The position numbers and the translations under genes are program-made. From assembly GCF_004010195.1 (NCBI RefSeq), contig NC_057746.1, positions 34,631,086 through 34,695,085 on the forward strand: DNA of 64,000 nucleotides. The letters run 5' to 3'. The notes under the pieces are model-generated. The model was not told where the DNA came from, did no database searches, and worked only from the letters and a program-made list of their open reading frames with translations. This document shows, piece after piece, positions 35,866-49,200 of this stretch (position 1 is the first letter of the stretch; every line of letters starts with the position of its first letter). Source of the stretch: Chiloscyllium plagiosum (taxonomy: Eukaryota).

Positions 35866-37610
35866 GGTCTGGTTTGTTACAGTCTGGTATTACGGTGGCT
35901 GTACCTTCCCCTCCCCCCTCCATTTGGATGCTGACCTCCTTCCCAACATCAGCACTGTCTCTCGCTCACTGTGCTGTGTGTGTGTGTCTCTCTCTCTCTC
36001 TCTCCCTTTCCGGGGGGAGAGGGATGGATGGGGGTTACACAGGTGGTGGGAGGAGGAAGGGGAGGTCCTCTCCACACCAGCCCAGGTTGGGGTTTGGAGG
36101 GTGGGTTGAGTCAGAGCAAACAGAAAAGCAAAACAGAGTCGTTTGCAATGTCTCTGGCTTTAAAATCTCTGCCTGGATTTAGTGGGCTGGCTCTCTCCGT
36201 TGCAGAAACGTAGATTAGTGGCAGTGCAGTCTTGTGTGTGCACTTAGGTTTTTAGAAATCGGTTTATTTGGTAAGGCTTAGCTGACTTGGTTTCCGTTTG
36301 ATTGCTGTAAGCTGCCAGGATCGTTTGTCGTTGTCTTTTTTTTTAGTTTATGGTGTTGCTGCTTATGTTTAGCTCCTGAACACCAGCAGAGGTTGTTGGA
36401 AAAGCTCAGCAGGTATGGCAGCACCTGTAGAGAGAAAGTAGAGTTAACATTTTGGGTCTAGTGACCCTTCCTTAGACAGATGATGGTGAGGTAGGATCAC
36501 TTGACCTGAAATAGTAACTGATTTCTCTCCACTGATGCTGAACCTTTCCAGCAATTTGATTCTGATTTACAGCATTTGCAGTTCTTTTGGTTTTAACTCA
36601 TGTAAGCTTTTGTGTTGTGTATGCTATGTTAGATGAGACCCAAAGTAATGTTTTGCTGTTGGTAGTTGGGCTATTCCTAGATATTATTGTTTTGACATGT
36701 ACAACATGCTTTTGATGTTAAATGCTCTATGCATTCGGGTCCATGCATAACATACTGAAAGGCTTTCTGTTATTTGTATGAAAAATGACCATAATGGTAA
36801 TTTTCCTGGGATTAGGAGGTGTGAGATGCTGGTCTTATTTGAGGTCGCGCCATCTCCAAGATGGCAAACTGAGCAATGCAAATTCTGAAGGAAGTCAGTC
36901 ATCAGTGTCAGAATTAGTAACGCAATGTACAAACAAGGTAAGTGGTGGAAAACTTCAGGAACTCTTCCGGATTGATTATCCAGCTCAAGGCAATGCAAAT
37001 GTGAACCTATGATTGCGTGAAAGAGAGGGCTCTGAACATCACCCAGATACATTCTTGCTGCTGTATCTATCAGTCTACAGTATTGCGAAGGTGTTTGCTC
37101 CCACCTAATTAAACTCAGCAGTGTATACCTCGTGTATACTGAAGCTGTACTGAGAATGTGCAGTTGTCAGGAAAACCTTGTTTTTGAGTGAGTTTTGCAG
37201 CATGCTTTTACAACGGTTAGATATAACTTCCACAACAAATTTTCTTCATATGATAGCTTTTCCAACAGCATTACAAGAATTAAGAGTAGGAGGAGGCCAC
37301 TTGACTCCTAGAGCCTGCTCTGCCATGGATCATGGTTGATTAGATTGTGGCCTGAGCTCGACTTTCTGGCATCCCAGAAACCTTGATTGTCTAACCCCAT
37401 CTTAAATATGTTCATTGATCCCATTTCGGCTGCTTGTTGGGCCAGAGGATCCCTGAAGTTGACAGTCAGAAGAATTTCTCCTCATCTTCTGAAAATGGAG
37501 AGTCTTCATTTTAAAATCATGCCCTTTTGCTGTAAATTTCCTGACAAGAGGAAACATGCATTCAGCATCCACTCTCTCAGCCCCCTCCGGATCATTGTGT
37601 GTTTCAATAA

Positions 37611-38303
37611 TCTTACGACACTGGGTAAACCCTCTGCTTAACTTAAACTGGCAACAGAGAAAGATTTATCCCGTGCAGTCATCTGAAAATTCAAGAGGCC
37701 AAGAACTATCCCAAAGGTCACGACTTAAAGTAAAAATTAACAACTTTATTTCTTAAAGTATAACAGAATAGTTAACTAACAACTATTTACAACTCCTTCC
37801 TCTAACCTATCTTTTACATTGACAATACTGGTCCAATTAAAACCCTCGATTAAGATTTACTGAAAAATTCAAATTTGACAACCAGCCAGCTGTTGAGTCT
37901 TCTGTAGATTTGCTGTCCAGGTCAGTGTCAATGTTTTTTTTCTCTCTCTGCAAGCTCCTTCTCGAGACAGGTACCTGTTGGTCCTTTGGCGGTTCTCTCT
38001 CAACTGTTCAATTTTTCCCGGTCTTCTACCCCCAAAGCATCAGATTGTGTCATCGGTTTGAATATTGTCCATATACTTAATTCAAACTTGATTGGCGGTT
38101 GATATCTTGGTGTTTTCATTTAAACTGCTTGGCCAAGTTCAGATTTGATTTGTTTTGTCATTTCCAGGCAACCCCCCAGTTACACTAACTGTTGGACCAA
38201 ATGGTTATGTTATATCTTGTTCAGAACACATGGTGCTGTATCGGGTAGTTCTGCTAGTGTTTGAACTCTGCAAAAGGTACAGTGCACCCACATCTTCATA
38301 ACA
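37611..38303 (-). mobile_element. Probable solo LTR inserted in an old CR1 fragment
   Basis: Termini tcttacga...tcataaca (degenerate TG..CA), 4 bp ATAA duplication, AATAAA on -, CR1 remnant continues on both sides. Confidence 0.6.
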
Positions 38304-39829
38304 ATAAAATCACCTTGCCTTCCTGATCTGTAATGAGTGTCAGCACTCTTTGCTCACCCTTTCCACATAACGTACCGGCTTCATCCCAGGAATGGGTTGC
38401 ATGAACCCTTCTCTAAACTGCTTCTAAGGCAAGTCTGTTTCTCCCTTGATTTGCTTACTGTGTGACCAATGTCTCGTCAGTAAGACCCAGGAAATATTTC
38501 AAAACAAAGCACTTGTATTGCTGTAGAGTCACATCCTCAGACATCATGTAATTCTTCACTGCCAACAAAGTGTGTAGGAAGTGTAGGCGCTGTTATAATG
38601 GAGCACATGGACAGCTGGTTTGTGCACAGAAAGCTCCTGCCAGCACTCATGTGATAATGACCACATCATCTTTTTTTCTCTCTTGTAAGCAGCTTGATTG
38701 AGGTTAGGATACCAATGAGAATGTGGTGGCTTTTGAAAACAGTGCCTTCTGCTCCTTGCTCCCATAATAAATGTGGGCAGGATGTCCCTGATGATCAGGG
38801 GAGTCCTGAACCAAGAGTTCACAGTCTGAGGGTACTGGGTCGGCCATTTACAACTGAGATAAGGAGGCATGTCTTCACCCAGAGAGGGGGGAGCTGTGGA
38901 ATTCTCTGCTACAGAAAGTGGTTGAGCCCAAAACATCAACTGTTTTCAAGAGCCAGTTAGATTGTAAGGTTAAAGGGATCAAAAGGCTGCACAGAAAAAG
39001 CAGGAAGGGTATTGAGTTGGATCTGAGCCGTGATCATATTGATGGGTGAACGGGCTCAAAGGGCCGAATGGCCACCTCCTATTCTTTATGCTGTGTGCTC
39101 TGTTTAACAAGCCGTGGATGACAGTCCGCCAGCCCCCTGCCCTGAGGTGACAGTCTGCGGGTGGGGGCCTCAATTCCTGAAGGGAGGTTTGGCCCCCTTC
39201 ACCTCTGGCCACCCTGGGGGAGTGCTACCTGGAGCTGCAATATATCCAGCTTTAAGGCAGGCAGAGCACCAAAGCTTGAAAGAGTGACTGTAAAGGAAGG
39301 TGTGGGGAGATTTTGTAGATTTGCATTTCACCGTGCTCCCTACCGCTGAGTAAAATCCCTGGACTGAGCCTTCCTTTCTGATTGGGTGTGTGACTTCAGG
39401 TGAGGAAAGGTATGGCCAAGACTTTGCATAACTAAGTACTGGAAGTAGTGTTCATTGTACATCATTTATGCAGCAGTGTGGTGTGTTTGGCTGCTCTTGT
39501 ACACAATGGGCTGTGAAGAGCTCTGTTCCTGGTTTCCAGGGAGTCAGAGGTTCTCATTTGGTGACTTGCAATCACGGGCATGCAGTTAAACAGTGAGTGT
39601 AAAGGGAAGTCAGGACCCTTGCATCTTTTGTAAAACAGAAACAAGGCTTGTGGGGACTGCAGGTGCTGGAGATCAGAGTCGAGAGTGTAGTGCTGGAAAA
39701 GCACAGCAGGTCAGGCAGCATCTGAGGAGCAGGAGAATCAACGTTTCAGGCAAAAGCCCTTTGTCAGGAATTGTCTTTCTGCCATGACAGCTTTGAATGA
39801 AACGAGATTAAAAAATATTGATCATCCTG

Positions 39830-40860
39830 AAAGGAGTGAAGTCAGCCTGTCTGAATGAGCAATCTCTCCAGTGAAAGCAGAAGTGTTGAAATTGAAAAGG
39901 AAACAAAACACAGATAAACAAAGTAAACCAGTTAGCTTAATGTCTGTTGTCAGGGAAATATTAAATCTGTTATCAAGGACGTTAAAGCAAAGCATTTAGA
40001 AGTGCATCATGTATTTAAACAAAGTCAGCTTGGCCTCATGAAGGGGATGTCAGGCCTGAAAAATTCAGTAGAATTCTTTGTGGAGATAACATGCAGGGTA
40101 GATGAAAGGAAAACAGTGGATGTACTATACTTGGATTTCTCAGAAGGTGTTTGATGAGATACCATGCATTTGGCTACATGCAAGAGCCCATGGTTTTGGA
40201 GGTAATCTTTTAACACCGATGCAGGATTGACAAACTCGGAGGACAAAGATTTGGTATGCAAGCAGCTGCAATACTGAGAACAGTTTTGGATCCCTCATCT
40301 CGGGGAAGGTAGGCTTGCACTGGGAGCAGTCTGGAGAAGGTCAGCTTAACTCACAGTATAGAGGCACTTTCTAAAGAGGAGGGTTGAGTAGGTTGGCTCT
40401 GTACTCGAGATTAGAAGGATGAGAGGTGACCTTATTAGAACATACAGGATTCTTTGAGGTCAAAACAATGACTACAGACGCTGGAAACCAGATTCTGGAT
40501 TAGATTAGATTAGATTACTCAGTATGGAAACAGGCCCTTTGGCCCAACAAGTCCACACCTCCCCGCTGAAGCGCAACCCACCCATTCCCCTACATTTACC
40601 CCTTACCTAACACTATGGGCAATTTAGCATGGTCAATTCACCTGACCTGCACATCTTTGGACTGTGGGAGGAAACCGGAGCACCCGGAGGGAACCCACGC
40701 AGACACAGGGAGAACATGCACACTCCACACAGTCAGTCGCCTGAGGCGGGAATTGAATCTGTGGGGTTCCCTATCGCAGAGGGCTGTTGAGGCTGGGGCA
40801 TTCAATGTATTCACGGCTGAGAGGAAGAGATAGAGAGAGATGTTTAATCAGGAAGGGTTG
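39830..40860. mobile_element. Old CR1 fragment with a nested HE1-type SINE (40500-40760)
   Basis: Degenerate RT nucleotide motifs; ttaga-repeat tail and SINE body. Confidence 0.7.
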
Positions 40861-43800
40861 GGGGAGTAGGTGCCCAGTAATGATTGGCTGGGGAAGGGAA
40901 TAACTTTTAAGGTAGGGGTATCTGTGACAAAATAGCTTGGTACTTGGATTTGTGTTGTTGACCAGCATGTGTCTAGTGATTTTGTGTTTTGATTATTTTT
41001 GGTTATGATCTCCAAATTTAGTGAGAAGGTTAACGTTGGGAGTATATTTGATGTGGGCAGTGGGGTGGAGCTCTGGTGCTTGCCAAGGTAGCCGTGGTTA
41101 TAACATTGAATGCCATGGCACCGCGGCAGATTGGGTTGAGGTCAGAGTTGTGTGGTGCTGGAAAAGCACAGCAGGTCAGGCAGCATCTGAGGAGCAGGAG
41201 AATCGACGTTTCGGGACTAGCTCTTCACCAGGAATGAGGCTTGTGGACTGAGGGGGTGGAGAGATAAATGGAGGGGTGTGTGGCTGGGGGCGAGTATGCA
41301 ATCGGTCCCAAAGGAGCCTTCCACATCCATCAGAGTTTCACCTGCACTTCCACATGTCATTTACTGTATCCTTTGTTCCTGATATGGTCTCCTCTACATT
41401 GGGGGGACAGGACACCTGCTCACAGAGTGCTTCACTTTCTCCTGGGTTGTAAATTATCCTGGAGTCAGACAGCATCATCCTGGTGTTCCTTTATAGGCTG
41501 CAGACAGGTACACAGCAGTGTTCCCTAAGGTCAGTCTGAACACCACTGCCCCTGAGCGACTGGGAACAGCCTGGGTCAGCTGGAATTTGAGTTTGCAGCT
41601 GATATGGAAGATAAGCAAGCTAATTGTCATAGGCTTTCAGTGGGATGCAAACTGACGTGGTGAATGGTTATGAGCACAGGTATAAAACAGCACATTTCAG
41701 CCTGGACGGTTGGGAGATGCACGATAAAAGGAACTGAAACTCAGGAGGAGAGCAGTCTTTAAAGTTGGCAGGACATGTGAGTCAAAAGATGCTGGAAATA
41801 CTCGCTCAGTCTGGTCGCTCCTCTGTAGAGAGAAATACAGTTAATAGTTCCTGACAGGAGGTCATCAATCTGTAACAGTAACTCTGCGTATCTCTGTGTG
41901 GTGACTTGGATAAGAAGGGGTTTTCTCTCTGTCAAATGCATAAACATTTGTTGCTATTATCATAATGGTGCCCCAATAGGAATCGAAGAAGATCCTTTAG
42001 TCCATTTCTGACCTATTACTATCTGTATTCTCCTGTTCACTTGAGCCCTCCTTCAACACTTCACTGGTGTAAATGGCCTGTGGTGCTTTGTTTTAACCTG
42101 CTGTCTGTCCCTTCTTCCAGTCCTATTCAAGCAGTGCTCATCTCCACCTACACTTCCCTTCTGTCCCAACATGAGCTGGTAACTTTCAAACGTTGGCAAC
42201 TGCAGCGATGTCATCATCACTTCCCAGACACCCGTGTGCTGTAAAGGCTGTTCAGACCCTGCAGAAGCTCACCTGCCTTCTGTGTGAGCATATCTTCCCA
42301 CCAAATCATGGAAAGCAGGGCCACTTCCAAAGATCCCGTTGTTTTTACTCTGTTTCTTGTCTCAAAATTTCTTTCAAGGAAGGGAAAGCGGATGGGTGCT
42401 TGGCTGTGGGGCAAATGACCTTTCTCTTTCAGAGAGCTAGCATGGCCAAGGAATCCTGAATGGCCTCCTCTTGCTGTGCAGAGGGACTGAGTGGCTGTTG
42501 CTGCAGTGGGAGTAAGGATTTCCAGGGCTGGCTCACTGTTACAGTCAGCATATGTTTGCTGATTTACAGAGAGGTTAGCTCATAATTCTAATTTTAACAG
42601 CGCTTAAAGCAAGTGGAAGCTTGTGGATTTTATATTAAATGAAGAGATTTGGAAGGCTTATAATCAGTTCTCATGGCTAGCAATAGCCAAGTACAGAGTT
42701 GCAGATAACACGTTTGCTGGGGAGGAGGGGGGAATGTCTGTGTTTGGAAGAAGCTTGTACAGAAACTGCAATCGTTTTGGCAAATAGCTATTAATGATTG
42801 CTGGAGTTTGTCCTTTTGGGTGGTTGAAGGACATTAAATTCTTCCTGCCCCCTTGTGCATCACAGAAATAGCAGGCGGGCAGACTGCAGCAACATCTCCT
42901 GATCTTTATTAAAACCTCCCCTTGTTTAATCTGTCTTCCCACACCGTCATCCTGCTTTCCCACTCTGTACTAGGCTGTGTTTAACCGATCAACGTGCAAA
43001 CACACCTGGGAGGCTTTCCCAACCCTCCTGCCCGGGTCAGTCACCATTTCCCCTTCCTTTCTTCCTGTCACTGAGAATGGTATGTTTGTCCAAAACAATC
43101 CGAGTCAGACCATTGAATATCGGGTGCTGTTAATCTGTCAGCTCGGAACACCTGCCTGAGTCTCTCACATTTAGGATTGAACCTCCCTCCAGGGCTACGA
43201 GGGGGGTGAATCTAGACTGATTTATTGAGATGCTGGGCGAGATCCAGCTGCCAAAAAACCTCTGGGCAGGTCTCCCAATGTCCTGGTCAAATTGTCCCCA
43301 AAGCTGATCTGGTCATGTTGTTTTGTTGCTGGAGGGGGAAGCTTGCAGTGTGTGAACTGGCTGCTGTGTCTCTCACGTTACCCCTCACTAAGTTACTCCG
43401 GTGTAAGGTATTTTGTGAATTTGAGAGTCCGGTACACAGCATAGCAAGAGGCCCTATGACTTACTGTATCTCTCCTGACTAGATTACATTAATTCATTAT
43501 TTTCCTGTTCTTGGTCTCTGGTCTTTTCCGCCCCTGGTGTATTCAGTGCTTATCCAGGTGGTTCTGAAACGTTGCAAGAGTGCATCCCTCCCCCACATCA
43601 TCAGGCTGCATGGTATTCATATCACCCCTCTTGTTATTTTCCCAGCTCTCCTCAAAACCGCTTGCTCCCCTCCTGAAGCCTAAGCCCTTTGGTCTTCGCG
43701 TGGGGAAGAGATTCTCACGATCTACTCTGTCTATTCCTCTCGTAATTTAGTATACCTCAATCAGATTTTGCCCCTCAGCCTGTACTGCTCCAGCCTATCC

Positions 43801-45097
43801 TTGTCTCTCCTTGTTACGGAGACTTTTCCATTCCCGGCAACATCCTGGTGAATATCCTCTGCACCCTCTCCAGCGCAGTCACCTCCTTCCTTGGAGCGTG
43901 ATTGTAGAATTATGTGTTGTCCTTTTGAAGAGCTTGCCCTGTCTCGGTGTTTCCAGTTCAGCGTGCTGCTCAGCCACACCCCATCTTTTTAGTTTGTCAC
44001 TGCTACTCCTGAGCGTTTCCCACCATCTGAAACTTGAGCACTCGTTGAAATCCTTGCTGCAGCTTTGCTCAGACGGTTTTGCAGTAGTGAGAAAGTTCTC
44101 CGGGTTTGGGGATTGACGCAGTAGTCTCCGTTCGCCTTGACGTTGCTTGAGTGTGCAGTTTTTGGGGCTGGCAGGAAGAGGAGCAACCTTTATCTATTCA
44201 CCGGAAGTGGGCGTTGCTGTCTGGAGCCATTTATAATTTTCATGGAGAAGGTGTTGAGCTATCTTCTGATAATGGAATCCTGGCTTTCACAATTCAGTCC
44301 TTTTGCAATAAAAGTAAGGAAGCATTGTTATAATGAGAGAAGGCATTGCTGAGACCATACCTTGAGCATTGTGTCCCATTTTGGTCTCCTTCCTTGAGTG
44401 ATGTGGTGCCGGTTCAGAGGAGCTTCACCAGATTGATTCCAGGGATGAAAGGGCTCTAGTACAAGGAGCAACCTGGACTTGTTTTTGCTGGAATTCAGCA
44501 GAATGAGAGGAGGGATCTAATGAGGTATATAAGATGCGAAAGGGGATTGTTGAGGTAGACATAGAACAGATGCTCCCCCCTTCTCGGACAGCCTCGAGCA
44601 AGAGGTTTTTAGATATATATTGAGAGGAGGCAGGTTCAAACCTGAGGTGAGGTGGAACTGCTTCTGTCCAAGGATTTGTGAAGCTGTGGAACTCACTGTC
44701 CCAGAATGTTGTGGAGGCGGAGTCAGTCAACAGATTCAACAAAAAAAATCCAAATGTTTCTGATGAGAAGCAGAACCAAGGACTCCAGGGAGCAGGCAGC
44801 AGCGAGGGGTTAAGACCAGAATAAGATCAGCCATAATCATATTAAATAGCGGAGCGGGAGTAAAGGGCCGAATTGGCTACTGCAGCTTCTAATTCCTATG
44901 TTCCTGTTGCACTGATCCACAATGTGGTCCGGAAGGGAATTTCAGGATTTTGACCCAGTGACACTGAAGGAATGGTGATATCTTTCCAAGTCAGGATGCT
45001 GGGGATTTTGCTGGGGGTGGGGTTCCCATGTGTCTGCTGCCCCTTGTCCTTCTGGATGGAAGTGGCCGTGGGTTTGGAAGGTGCTGTCTGAGGGTCT

Positions 45098-45374
45098 TTG
45101 GTGAGTTTCTGCAGGGTACCTTGTAGATGGTACACACTGCTGTTACTGAGCATCGGGGGGTGGAGGGAGGGGATGTTTGGTGAGTTTCTGCAGGATATCT
45201 TGTAGATGGTACACACTGCTGTTACTGAGCATCGGAGGGTGGAGGGAGAGGATGTTTGGTGAGTTTCTGCAGGGTATCTTGTAGATGGTACACACTGCTG
45301 TTACTGAGTGTCGGGGGTGGAGGGAGGGGATGTTTGGTGAGTTTCTGCAGGGTACCTTGTAGATGGTACACACT
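45098..45374 (-). repeat. ~79 bp tandem amplification of a LINE 3' segment (3.5 copies)
   Basis: ttggtgagtttctgcagggtaccttgtagatggtacacactgctgttactgag repeats. Confidence 0.9.
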
Positions 45375-46296
45375 CGTGGTGCCCAATGAGGTCACGGTGC
45401 CCTGTCATCCCTGACAGTTGGTGAGGTCGTGGTGCCCAATGAGGTCACGGTGCCCTGTCATCCCTGACAGTTGGTGAGGTCGTGGTGCCCAATGAGGTCA
45501 CGGTGCCCTGTCATCCCTGACAGTTGGTGAGGTCGTGGTGCCCAATGAGGTCACGGTGCCCTGTCATCCCTGACAGTTGGTGAGGTCGTGGTGCCCAGTG
45601 AGGTCACAGTGCCCTGTCATCCCTGACAGTTGGTGAGGTCGTGGTGCCCAATGAGGTCACGGTGCCCTGTCATCCCTGACAGTTGGTGAGGTCGTGGTGC
45701 CCAATGAGGTCACGGTGCCCTGTCATCCCTGACAGTTGGTGAGGTCGTGGTGCCCAATGAGGTCACGGTGCCCTGTCATCCCTGACAGTTGGTGAGGTCG
45801 TGGTGCCCAATGAGGTCACGGTGCCCTGTCATCCCTGACAGTTGGTGAGGTCGTGGTGCCCAATGAGGTCACGGTGCCCTGTCATCCCTGACAGTTGGTG
45901 AGGTCGTGGTGCCCAGTGAGGTCACAGTGCCCTGTCATCCCTGACAGTTGGTGAGGTCGTGGTGCCCAATGAGGTCACGGTGCCCTGTCATCCCTGACAG
46001 TTGGTGAGGTCGTGGTGCCCAATGAGGTCACGGTGCCCTGTCATCCCTGACAGTTGGTGAGGTCGTGGTGCCCAATGAGGTCACGGTGCCCTGTCATCCC
46101 TGACAGTTGGTGAGGTCGTGGTGCCCAGTGAGGTCACAGTGCCCTGTCATCCCTGACAGTTGGTGAGGTCGTGGTGCCCAGTGAGGTCACAGTGCCCTGT
46201 CATCCCTGACAGTTGGTGAGGTCGTGGTGCCCAGTGAGGTCACAGTGCCCTGTCGTCCCTGACAGTTGGTGAGGTCGTGGTGCCCAGTGAGGTCAC
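45375..46296 (+). repeat. 53 bp minisatellite, about 17 near-identical copies
   Basis: cgtggtgcccaatgaggtcacggtgccctgtcatccctgacagttggtgaggt. Confidence 0.97.
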
Positions 46297-49200
46297 CGGT
46301 AACGCCATTACCTTGTGTGCTTGGCACTTGTGAACTGCGTTGAGGAAATTGATTGATTGTTTCACCTTCACGTAACCATGCCCAGGCACAAGGCAGTAAG
46401 CAGCTCTTTTCTTGAAGATGGGCATTTTCAACGCCCTAGCTCCAATGAAAAAACAAGTAGGTTCTTTAAAGTGGCATCAGTGTTTTCAGATCCATGTGTG
46501 CAGTAGATTTATAACTGGCACTTCGGTGGAAACTGATTTCCAGGTAACACGCTTCAGGACAAATCATGTGTTGACTTTTTGAACTGTCTTTTCCCCAGCA
46601 TCTTGCAGCTACTGTGTACTGAGCAGAGCAGGAACTGAGGGCTAAATCCAAGAACAGGACTTTGTGGGATACCTATGTCATGTGTAAACTGAAAATGGCT
46701 AAAGGGAGCATGGAGGTGAACACATGGCTGAAGGAATAGTATAGAAAGGGGTTGGCCCTTTTTCTTCGGGGAGACAGAAAGGGAATGTATGGATCGTAGA
46801 GGTCTTCAGCATCCTCCATAAAGTCCACACCTTTCAAAAACCAATCTCCGAACTACTCTCGCCCCCTTTTCCAGTACTTAGCCTGTCTGCCTTGTATGGA
46901 GTAGCAAGCGCACATCTAAATCCTACTCCAACATCCTGAGGGGTCTGTCCGTCTCCCACCCTGACATGCAGTGAGTTCCAGATATACAGAGGGACAGTGA
47001 TTATCCAGCATTCCATGAACTGAATTTCTGATGATCCAAACCAGATCGCCAGGCCCCAGTGTGTGGCCAACTGTTATCCGGCATCAATTAACCCCCACCT
47101 GTGTCCTTCAGATCATTTGAGGATCCTGTGTACACAGCTTCTGGGGTTGGGGGTGGGTGGGAAATCAAATTCCTTAAATTCCCACCCCTCACCTTCAATC
47201 TAGCCTTCCCCCACCCCCCCCCCAGTCACAGCTCTCTCCATCAAGGGGAGAGGTTTCTCCCTATTTCTGCTAATCCTAATTTTCTCCATCTCAACCATAT
47301 CCCATGTCAATCTCCTTGGCTCAAAGGAAAGCAACCAGAGTCTGTCCAATCTCTTTCCAGCCCCCGGGACAGCATCCTTCTACACCCTCCCCAGTGCTAA
47401 AACCATCCCTCCATAATGTTATTTCCCAGAACTGCACCAAATACTCCAGCTGTGACCGGAGCCATGTCTTGTACAGTTCCAGTGACCGCGCCCCCCCCCC
47501 TTCGTATGTTACAATGGGTAATGTTTGATCTGGACTTGGATGTAAGATTGAAACAAAATCTTAAGGTATGTCCGTAAGGCATCACTGAAGTTTGCAAACC
47601 CCAGAAGTAAAAATTCTTGTTTCTTGGCTGAAATAGTGTTTTGGAGTATTGGGAATGCAGTGGTTAAAGATCCCCTATTAGAGTGACTCACTGTATGTTG
47701 GATTGTGTACCTATCCTTTGACAGACTGAGATCGGAAATCCCAGCGGGTGCCTTGCTCCCATCTGGGAGCCATAGGTGTGTAGTTTGCTCCCAGCCCTGG
47801 GCAAAGGTGTTTGTTGCCCTGAATAAGACTGTTAGCCGTGGTTATAAATCTTATTAACTGACTCCTGTTCCAGTTAACATGCTTCCTTACCTATTAACAA
47901 GGGTATGTGCAGACCAACAACACTAAATCAGATGATCTAACCTCCTTTCCTATTAACATAATACAGTAAAAGCTCCTGTGAACGATTCACTACCCATCAC
48001 AAGAAGGTAGCAATCGCTAGTCACTGAGATTGCTGTTATATGGTTAAAACGGGTATTTTTCAATCCACCATGTGATGCTAAGAACACAAAGTATAAAATA
48101 TACTGCTTGCATGTAATGTTCAGAGAGTCATCGAGGAGTGTCACCACAAGAAGGTTAAGAGACTCCTTTTTATTGTCACCCAGAATCTCTCTCCGGCTGT
48201 TCAGTAATAACTTTGAACTGAAACTTGGTTGTCCTGAGTTAAGAGTCACCATCACAAGGAGGTTAAACACCACGAATGGTCATGGGAATGCTGGGGTGAA
48301 AAGGAGAATCCAGGCAATACAGAGTTAAAGAGACACTCCCCTTGGGTGTTATGATGTTATGGTAATACTGAATGTTTGTATTTAGCAATGAGAGAATCTA
48401 CAGACAAACACCACCCTGTTTACACCATCCATAGCCCCTGTCAAAAACTCCCCATCGAAAGGCAGGGAATCTGAGAATCTCAGCCAGTCAGGCAGCGTCC
48501 GTGAGAGTTGTACCAGGTCAGTGACTTTCCACTGTAACTGAGAGAAGGTTGGAGGTGGGCAGAGGTATCTGAGCAGGAGGTGGTTGGGGTATGGACAGAA
48601 GGAAGGTCTGTCAAACAGTGGAGGATGGCAGTGATTGAATGGTGGAGTAAGTGACCAAGACTTGAAGTCATGGATCTGGGTCAAATAAAGCTACTGAGGA
48701 ATGGGAGAGATACCTCCAGCTGGTCTGTGAAATGGAGGGGAGAAGAAAGAGTAAATAAATGGGATATGGGCCAGGAGCAGGCAGGTGGGACGAGTTTGCG
48801 ATTGTGGTTGGCATGGACTGGTTGGGCTGAGGGGTCTGTGTCCATGCTGTATAACTCTTAAGACTTTGACTATAAACTCATTGTTCAAAAGATGCTTTAG
48901 ATTTAATATTTTTTCAACTTAATATTTCCACAATCTTTCAAACTTTGATTTGTTTTCAGTTTTGCGGAGCTATCTGGACTGGTTTATTTACTGTGGGGCA
49001 TCGTTAAGGGGCATCAGTAGGCATTGGAGATTTTTTTTAAAACAGCCTCCCAGAGACAATATGAACAATGATAACTGGCAGCTGGGTTGTAGCTCAGTAC
49101 TCGAACTGGGTAGAGTGTGCGCTGGGGTCTGTGGGGGTGGGGGGTGGCAGCTAACAAAACCGGTGAGGAAGGGCTGAACAGCTGATCTCTCCCATTTCGC

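Noticed and set aside
45375-46296. CRISPR-like array
   Set aside because: Head-to-tail repeats with no unique spacers, no cas genes, vertebrate DNA.
47507-48424. Possible third solo LTR
   Set aside because: TGTTACA start and a TATA-like word are present, but I could not fix the right terminus or a TSD.
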